A stretch of 44,980 bases of DNA, the filler included, from Streblomastix strix (lineage: Eukaryota): assembly GCA_008636045.1 (NCBI GenBank). It is 2 parts of 2 records of this genome, joined end to end, with 100 filler letters (N's around TTAATTAATTAA, not from the genome) between each part and the next. Parts side by side here need not be neighbours in the genome. Positions count along the whole stretch, not along the records: positions 22,543 to 44,980 come from SNRW01000322.1; 1 more part is not named here. One strand, written 5' to 3'. Each line of letters starts with the position of its first letter. The stretch's first letter is position 1. Below, in pieces: positions 37,058-44,980 of this stretch. The position numbers were made by a program, and so were the translations under genes. The notes under the pieces were generated by a model. It worked only from the letters and a program-made list of their open reading frames with translations, did not search any database and had not been told where the DNA came from.

Positions 37058-37469
37058 AGTAGTATAGTCCCGGGAATCTTGCGCTCAAAATAGTTAAATT
37101 AAAGGGCTAATTTATCCATTAAGGCCTCAAAATCGTGCTAAAATAAAGGAAAAGAACTGATTTTTGAGTAATTTAACCAATGTTTTATTTATTTCGTGGG
37201 AATATGTTATTTCAATAATATTTTTTTACATTAATTCCTACAGTTTTTGATTAAAATTGACGTAAAATTAATGAAACACGTAATTTTATGGGGAGAAATG
37301 TATCATTATCACTATCCCAAGCCGAAAAACGAAATAATGTGGGTACAAATGTATAATTATTCAAGAATCAGTTCTTTTCCTTTGTTTTACCACGTTTTGA
37401 GGCCTTGATGGATAAGTTAGCCCATTAATTTAACTATTTTGAGCGCAAGATTCCCGGGACTATACTACT
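37058..37469. mobile_element. 412-bp non-autonomous mini-Polinton-like element with ~115-bp TIRs
   Basis: 37058-37173 and 37355-37469 are near-perfect inverted repeats starting AGTAGTATAGTCCCGGGAATCTTGCGCTC and ending GACTATACTACT. No target-site duplication seen. Confidence 0.75.
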
Positions 37470-37523
37470 TTTTCCGACTATAATAATTACCTGAAGTTAA
37501 CTCTTCCCCAAACTCCTAACTAA

Positions 37524-37646
37524 TTTTGAAAAAATAAACAGAGGTGCAATCTGCTTTTATTTGACTGAAAGTTAGAGCTATAATTAATCTTCAACCTTAA
37601 CTTAAAAAAATTTTGAAAAATAAAACAGAGGTGCAAATTTCCTTTT
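37524..37646. repeat. Two direct copies of a TTTTGAAAAA-TAAACAGAGGTGCAA-T-CTTTT motif
   Basis: Copies at 37524-37560 and 37611-37646. The same motif occurs at 42741-42779 (direct) and 42178-42196 (inverted). Confidence 0.75.
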
Positions 37647-37896
37647 TTCTGATCCCGATTTAATTAGATCACTCTTTTCAGACCGTACCCTGTTAATTTA
37701 ACTTTATCTTATCTAGATAAAATAAAAATTATTTTTTTATTACAATAATTGGTCTTATCAAAAAATTAATTATTAAATTTACTCCATATCATATCCCCTC
37801 AATTAAAATGTAGTAAAACATATTAATAATTGAAGTAATAATTAAAGCGGGTACTTGATAAAAATAATTTTCCACACAAAGGATCAAGATATAATT

Positions 37897-40800
37897 ATGA
37901 TGCATTCTAATAATTTATGATTGACCTTGACACTAGATTAGATAACTAATTTTATTAACGTTAACCTATTACTCCAATAACTGATTTTATATAGATAAAG
38001 TAGTAATTAGAGCCCAAATTATAGTATATTCTAGCCTCAATTATTTGAAATTAATTAGTAAATCGAATCAGCACGCAAACGTAAATTATTAAAATTAGCT
38101 AATGACAGGGTACTAATATTAGCTCATCCTGCAGATCTAGAAGAATTTACTAAAGTACTCAATGATGCCATACTGAATTATTAAGATTAGAATCACGTTG
38201 AACGAAACCCAATAACAATAGCTCATTATAATAATAATTAAATAACAATCTTATCAAATATATACGATTTCGTCGATTAAATTCACACTTCAATGAAGAA
38301 TAAAATATATAAGCTAGCTATTGATTTTGGATTTATGTATGAGAGGAAAGAAAGAGATAAAAATAATGACGAACGTATTACTTATGGCTACATTATCCCT
38401 AGAGAATAAATGACAGAAAGAAGAACCCCGATATTAATACGTAATTAATAAGATATTGAACTATATAAAAATTTTTTTGAATCATTAATTATATCTATCC
38501 AAGAGCGTACATTAACTGATACAAAGGAAAAATTTATTGCAATTTATTCAATGTGCGCAAGAACATATCTACTTCCAATCAGTGGTAAATCAATTCCGAG
38601 TATCAAGCTACATTTATCCAAGAAGCGCTAATGCCTCAGATACGTTAACTCACCTTTTCCTAATGCTTGCGTACTGGAAGCAATTGCGAGATATTAACTT
38701 AAAGATAGTAAGGAAAAAGATATAGTGATAAATAAGTACATGCAAAGATGAAGGAAATAGGTACTCTATTTTATGGGGAATTTAACCCTAGAACATTTGA
38801 AGGATTCAATTACGCAACAGATATATAATTAATTCATAAACACTTAAATTTATCTGTTAACTTATTTTCCTATGAACAGGACGACAGTTTTTTTCGCTAT
38901 TATTTAGCCTAATCTTTTCCAATTGAAGGAGATAACGAAATAAATTTATTACTTATCTAATCTGAGGAACTAAATGGTATTAATATCCACACACTACAAA
39001 TGACAGATAAAGAACGCATTACCTGACTATTATTTTGTCTAATTTACTAAAATCATTGTTTTCAAGTTGATTAACTCACTAAAGAGAACATGGCTAAACA
39101 TACAGATAAATGTCGACTGAACAAAGGTTAAATTAAAAAATAAGTTAAGTTGGATTACATTCAACGTCCATTCGTACCACATATCATGTAAAATAAGACC
39201 TATCTCTATCTATTAGCAAATAATAGAACTAATGAGTTTAAGTCAACTTAATACTTTATTACTTATGATTTCGAAACATATGAATAAAAAATTAATACTG
39301 ATTTTTGTAATGATAGTAAATTAATATCAAAATTAATCCCCCTATCAGTAGTCAGCACTATTTATTCCTCTAAGGGTACTAAATCTATTTATTTCGATAT
39401 TCGAACTAATAACTTCGTAAATTTATGGTTAGATACTATATTTAAAGAAGCTGTTTAAATTAAACACGATAATAATTATGATGATGAACTTATCCCCTAT
39501 TCAATCGAGGTTCCTATCTTTGGATATAATTCCGCTAAGTTTGACATGTCCTTATTATTCCCATATTTATCCTCAAGCTAGTGGAAAATAACTAGCTATT
39601 TATGGATTTCTTAATTCTGTAAATAGTTAATTATTTCACACAATAATTTATCAGTTAAACTTAAATTTTTAGACGCATTCTTATATGTTGCGCCACCAAT
39701 GACATTGAATCAATTTGTTATCAACTTCTCAAACTAACAGTAAAGTAAGGGTCTAATTCCTTACGATCTAATGGTAGATGACTATGAAAAGTAGCTGTCT
39801 TAATCTATCCCCTTTAATTAATCCGATTTTAATAACACGTTGAAAAATAGTTCCATAACAGATGAGGAATATTAATAGTACTTACTGGAATATAAATAAT
39901 TTAGCAATAGATGGGAATATTTGAAACATTATAATATACTTGATACCTCTTTAATGATTGAACCAATAAAAAATTTAATTAAGCTGTTCTTTGAATATAA
40001 AGTAGATATGTTTTAATTTATCTCGATGGCCAGTTGCGCTAATGCGGTCAAGTATTCTATGCCTTATAACGAATTTAAATTAGATGGCGATTATAGTATC
40101 AATACGTTTGATCCACCATTCTATCTCACTCCCTAATATTGGAAAGCTAAAGTAGAAGGGTATGTAGCCTAAGATAAATTGGCCCATAGACCTATTGATA
40201 ATAACGTGAAGGAAAGTGATTACGAAAATTTTCAAAAATTATTTAGATAGCCTTGTTATATATGTAAAGATAAATTTACATTTAAAAACAAGCCCACATT
40301 AGACTGAATAAATAATTCCTTATCTCGTACTATAAATAATGTAAGATAGTGCTGCTTATATTGTAACTAGGTTAAAAGTAACCATAATAAGCAAGAGATG
40401 AAACTATTGATATAATTAAAAAAATATTATTAAAAATATAATTTTCCTACAATAATTAGTAATCAATGAGTGTACTAAACCTTAAGAGATCAGATCACAG
40501 GTGGATTGTGTAAGGTAATGAACCGTAAAAATATTGCTAATTAAACTAAAATAAAAATTAGTACATTAAGATAAGGTGAAAGTTATTGAAACAAATAATG
40601 TTGTTACTAATATTATAGGACTTGAATTTAATTCATTATTTCTAAGTGTAATTAGCAGTTAATTTCACCCTCTAAATCTATAAACTAATCATAAATTATT
40701 TATGGCAGGGACAGTTAAAGAAATTATTAATGTTAATGAATAAAATAAACAACGTTGTTTAAATATTATTAATTCCCCAACAAGATACACACTTGCGGGT

Positions 40801-42017
40801 TAATTACTTATCGCAACAATTAAAGGACACATATCGGATATTAATTCACACATTAACTTTCCACCTATTCTGAGGAATTTATCATATCAAACTAACGAAC
40901 AAACAATTGGAAGTTATACCTATAACTTTATGAAAAATAATAATTTAATGGAAGATAAAAAAGAAAGTAAATTAATTTAATTATTACCCACTCACAATTA
41001 ATTCATGTCCTTCAGCTCCTATTATTTATGGTTCCTGATTGATACATGTGGGTTTGTAATTGATGACATTAGTTAACTTATTTTATTTACCAAACACGAT
41101 TAATTTAATACATTTGTTAACACATTTATGAATAGGCGATATAAGCGATTAAATCTAATAATAACGGGTTGGATTAATTTTGTAAAATAGTGATGAACGC
41201 TAGCTATGGGTCAGATGGGATGAATACAGAGAAGTTTAGTAAAGTAAAATTAAGAACAAAGCGGACACACTTATTTCACATTTTACCAGTAATTTTATGA
41301 ATAAACGTTAATTGGACGATAATTTTTATACTGTCTAATTTAATAATGATAAATGTAAATGTACAATACCATTATAGGAAGCATATTTTACACTAGATAA
41401 CGCCAAGTATTGCTATTTTAATTTCATACATAATTTTATGTATAAGTGCTTGGATAAAAATAGGTTTTTTTTTTGAAGGAGATACAGATTCAATGTACTT
41501 CGCGGTTGCAGGCGATATTAATTAACCGATTAATTAGGATTTTAAATATATAATTACTGATCAATAATTTTATGATACGAACTATAAGTATTATTTTCCA
41601 ACAACAGACGGCCTAATTGAATAAAAGAAGTTATTAGGATTAGCGATTGAAAAAGAAGGTGATGTAGCGATAGAGTTATCCTCAAAAAATTATTATATCA
41701 ACGCTACTCTTTAGAGCGGCAACAAAGTTGCTAAGAACGAAATAATTAAATTAAAAGGAATTAATTTATCATAAAATGTTATAACTAAATAGAATATATT
41801 AGATACGATTGATGGAAAAATAATGAAGTGTGTAAATACTCGTTTAGATTAGAATGATGGAGTTATGTCCAAATTATCCCTAAATACGAATGACCTAACT
41901 GGCATTCACACTAAAATAGTATTATTACTCAATAGCTAATTAGCCGTACCATTCATATACCAACTATCAGCTACAAATTATATAGGTTTTTAGCCAACAA
42001 TAAATGCTGATGAATGA
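37897..42017 (+). pseudogene. Protein-primed family B DNA polymerase (pPolB 3), decayed
   Basis: YKLAIDFGFMYE, NACVLEAIA, ITYDFET, FGYNSAKFD, HYNILDT, CYICKDKFTFKNKPTLD*INN...CCLYCN, GLEFNSLF, KIVMNASYGSDG, EGDTDS (~41475-41492), GIHTKIVL. Several frameshifts and TGAs, and the start is uncertain. Confidence 0.9.
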
Positions 42018-42160
42018 ACCAGCAATATAATTACTCGAGGAATAATTATGGATCAATTGGTACTCTATCTTCAAAACAATATGGGAGGCAGCTATAAAAT
42101 ATGCTTGTGAAAGTAAGATATGTAAAGTTTGACCCCGCAAATTTGCTGGCTCGATTTCAC

Positions 42161-42795
42161 GCTAATTCTGGGTCAGATAAAAGGCAGATTGCACCAAAGA
42201 AATAAATTTAAAAAAATGGAAATTAATTGTTGAGCTAATTCAAACATTAATCAAGAGGGTGATGGTGTAATTTAGCGACTCCAGATAATAATATTAATCA
42301 AGGGGTTAATTTTCCCCCATTACTTTTTATCACATATAAAAATGTCAGGATCATGTTGCCACTATAACGAATAATCCCTAAATTATAATGTAATTGGTAA
42401 TTTATGTTACAATAGAGGATATCTAACATCTTATTAGGGTAAATTAATATTAATATTTACACCTTAATAATATTAGTAGTTCAAAAAAATATATAACGAT
42501 ATTATGGAAACATTTGAAAAATAACGATAAGAGTACAATAATAATAGGTTAAATAAAATAATTTATCATTATCACTAGTGCTTCGATGAATGTGCTGATG
42601 AAATAAATTAGCGATAAAAATTACTTTAATTATTTTTGACTGCCTAAATTTAGACACACGATTTCTACCAACCAAAATTGTTTCCTTAAAATTAGCCCCG
42701 TATTAGCGTTAAAATTAGCCCAACAATTAATTTCCAAAAATTTTGAAAAAAATAAACAGCGGCGCAATCTGCCTTTTCTATGACTTAAAATTAGC
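42161..42795. repeat. ~85-bp inverted repeat pair (42161-42245 / 42708-42795) flanking a small ORF
   Basis: GCTAATTCTGGGTCAGATAAAAGGCAGATTGCACC...TGGAAATTAATTGTTGAGCTAATT aligns with the reverse complement of the right arm, GCTAATTTTAAGTCATAGAAAAGGCAGATTGCGCC...TGGAAATTAATTGTTGGGCTAATT. Confidence 0.8.
42342..42746 (+). CDS. Small hypothetical protein (up to 134 aa) inside the IR cassette
   Basis: MSGSCCHYNEQSLNYNVIGNLCYNRGYLTSYQGKLILIFTPQQYQQFKKIY.... AAAAATG start context. The C-terminus runs into the right repeat arm. Confidence 0.45.
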
Positions 42796-42811
42796 CCAAT
42801 AATTAATGTTT

Positions 42812-44754
42812 TTAACCTGCCATGATCATACTACCACCAATTTCTCCAATTACTTCTAAATTTAATATTTATGGTTCAGGGCATCATCAAATTTAATTCT
42901 AACAATTGAATCAAACAAGAAATGAACCAGTGATGTCTACGCAATCTATGTTGAAATAGAGTAGCTTCTAGTTCCAATAAATCCAGTGAAATTATATTAA
43001 TTTTTTCTGGTTGCAAAATCATTATCCAGAACATCAAAAATTATCAATAGTTCCATTTACAATATCATAATGGAGTATCATATATATATTAGTTCTAGCA
43101 CCTATCCTTGAACTATTATATCCTCTCATGAATGAGTAGTCAGTTGCTAATTTCCATATAAGCATAAATTTATTCAGATAATATGTTTTTATAACATTAG
43201 ATCCTATAAATAATGTTGTATTAAAAAATTTGTTATCTTATTACTCTGCAGGCCCAGTATCTTTGCCATTTTAGCAGTTCTTATCATTAATATTAATGTT
43301 CTCGAAAGTAAGTGAACGATAAAGATCAGATAGTGCTGATACAATATCCAAGCCAACAAAGCATTAAAAAATCGAACTATTTACACCTACAGTCAATGCT
43401 TCATATGGATTAGGTGTCGCGTGTTTTTGGTCAATGATTAAATGAATCTTCTTCAATAGTAGTAGGAAGAACCAAGTAGGATATTATTACATAACAAATG
43501 TTATAAATACACTTTTTATATTAAAGAATGACATTATCGTTTACATTTAATTTCCTGACATTGGATAATTAGTTGATTTTGTCTTTAATTCTTATGTTGG
43601 GAAATGTAATATTTTTTATGCTCTAATCATATCGATAATGGCCGTTTCATTCTCCATAGTGAAACATAAATTATGTATAGATAAATAATCAAAAGAAGCT
43701 GTATCAATCTATTATATACTATTCTTGGGGTCAGTATCGGCATCGTCCAAATCTTTACAATTAATCATTCGAACTGAATAGTAGATGTTTGCAGGTGGAT
43801 CACTATCATCTAGTAAAGTAATTATATCTGGTTTCTCCGCAGGTATCATAGCGTAAGCTAAACAAGTATCAAACGATCTGGATTTATTTAACAAACTACT
43901 TTTAGATCTTATAGGAAATCGGTCATCCAAAGTTATAAATATAATGAAGCATAGTTTCTAGTTAGTACAGTGAATTCATTAAATATCGGGTTAAATTAAT
44001 TCAAATCCATTACCCCAAAGAATGTAATATCTTTGGGATAGCGATAGAAATAAGCGGTTGTACCAGAAGCAGCAACAACTTCGGATAAATGTACATCGAA
44101 AAACACACCACAATGGCTTTTGCCTTAAACTATATTTTTTAATGGTGAAACAGTAACATTATTATTAACTGTGAGGTCAGATAGTGAATTAGAATAAATA
44201 ATAGCTTGTTCTCTAGTGTAAATAGAAGTTTTCCATAATTTTGTATTATCTCGACATATAGCTATTTATTATAATGGCCCACAAGCTGTTGAGAATACTA
44301 ACCAAAATTTAAGTGTTTCGCAAATATTATATTTTTGTGTTTCCTACTTTATATCCGCTGCTAGTGCTATTGTAGCTGTCTTAGTTCCATTAAAGTTTGT
44401 TCTAGATCTTGCAAATTCTGCGTTAGATAACGTATCTTATGTTAAATTTACTTTATTTAATTATATCCCTATAGTATTAGCGGGTATAGTAATTGTCCAA
44501 TTAACTTAGCAGGTCTAAACACAACAACATGTTGCACTACCTCTAGCCCCTAATGGAGCACAAGTTTATCTAGTACCACCTGAAGTTAAAGTATTTCTTG
44601 GCTAGTCAAAAAATTCCTATTTGGATAGTGTGAATGATTAAGGTTCAATAGTTAATGTTCTTAGCACTTCATTTAGTGCAGAATATGATGAAACATATTC
44701 CGAATGTGATGCATTCGATAAACGAGCTAAATAATCTGACGCGCTGAACGACAT
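42812..44754 (-). pseudogene. Putative double jelly-roll major capsid protein (frameshifted)
   Basis: About 645 codons rich in short beta-strand-like segments (FWLVFSTACGPLQQIAI, MDLNQFNPIFNEF, SLYLQLW, ITFPTQ, NKFMLIWKLATDYSFMRGYNS, VHFLFDSIVRIKFDD, LNLEVIGEIGG). Frameshifts near 43895, 43037 and 42881. The capsid call rests on size, composition and context only. Confidence 0.6.
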
Positions 44755-44786
44755 TTGTTTTAGTTTAAAATTTATTTAATCAATAA

Positions 44787-44980
44787 ATGTCGTTTTGGTC
44801 AGGGTTGAAAAATTTTAGTTCAAAAATATTACACGAAGTAACATCTGAAGCTAAATGGTTAGCTCCTGTTTTTCATAAAGTTATGGGTGCTGTTTCAGAG
44901 CCATTAGGCGCAATTAATCCAACAGCTGGTATGATAGCCAGAGGAGTAGGAAGTGCAGCAGGAATGGCAAATAAATTCCT
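44787..44980 (+). CDS. Adenovirus protein VI-like amphipathic (membrane-lytic) protein, truncated by the window end
   Basis: MSFWSGLKNFSSKILHEVTSEAKWLAPVFHKVMGAVSEPLGAINPTAGMIARGVGSAAGMANKF.... It starts 32 bp from the MCP-candidate ATG on the opposite strand. Confidence 0.65.
   Translation, partial: MSFWSGLKNFSSKILHEVTSEAKWLAPVFHKVMGAVSEPLGAINPTAGMIARGVGSAAGMANKF

Larger units (their letters stand above)
37470..44980. mobile_element. Polinton-like element 3 (pPolB, IR cassette, putative MCP, pVI-like ORF), runs off the window end
   Basis: A decayed pPolB plus a structural module. A shared repeat motif occurs on both sides of the pPolB. Confidence 0.8.

Noticed and set aside
37052..37475. 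Target-site duplication around the mini-element
   Set aside because: The flanks TATATG and TTTTCC do not match.
6310..40307. TGA read-through or a code with all three stops reassigned
   Set aside because: Internal TGAs replace different residues (Arg, Gly, Trp, Cys) and co-occur with frameshifts. The 5.7-kb host exon has none, and genes end in TGA.
1564..43930. Most entries of the supplied ORF track as independent small genes (e.g. 4946-5356 -, 9953-10243 +, 19980-20489 -, 21528-21758 -, 24220-24471 +)
   Set aside because: They are antisense shadows or inter-Gln fragments of longer code-6 genes.
1..44980. Bacterial, phage or organellar origin; tRNA or rRNA genes
   Set aside because: Spliceosomal GT-AG introns, eukaryotic gene families and code 6 indicate nuclear protist DNA. 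No RNA gene was recognised by eye.

Overview
AT-rich eukaryotic DNA made of two unrelated contigs (1-22442 and 22543-44980) joined by an artificial N44-TTAATTAATTAA-N44 spacer. Genes read only under genetic code 6 (TAA/TAG=Gln, TGA=stop), so the supplied standard-code ORF track is mostly fragments or antisense shadows. The code and gene families suggest an oxymonad such as Streblomastix strix (inference). Contig 1 holds a decayed DIRS-type tyrosine-recombinase retrotransposon and about 13 kb of a Polinton/Maverick-like endogenous DNA virus (acidic protein, Prim-Pol/SF3 helicase, inverted-repeat-flanked zinc-finger ORF, AT-hook-like protein, retroviral-type integrase, protein-primed PolB, a 440-aa ORF, A32-like packaging ATPase). 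It also holds a host ARM-like gene with an intron and the 5' part of a second DIRS element. Contig 2 holds an intact ~1935-aa host TmcB/TmcC-like membrane protein gene followed by two further divergent Polinton-like elements. These include a near-intact 1814-aa pPolB, a truncated integrase, a 412-bp mini-element with AGTAGT...ACTACT TIRs, a decayed pPolB, a second inverted-repeat-flanked small-ORF cassette and a putative major capsid protein. Head-to-head with that capsid candidate is a small ORF whose N-terminus closely resembles the membrane-lytic helix of adenovirus protein VI. All translations and alignments were done by eye and no database searches were run.
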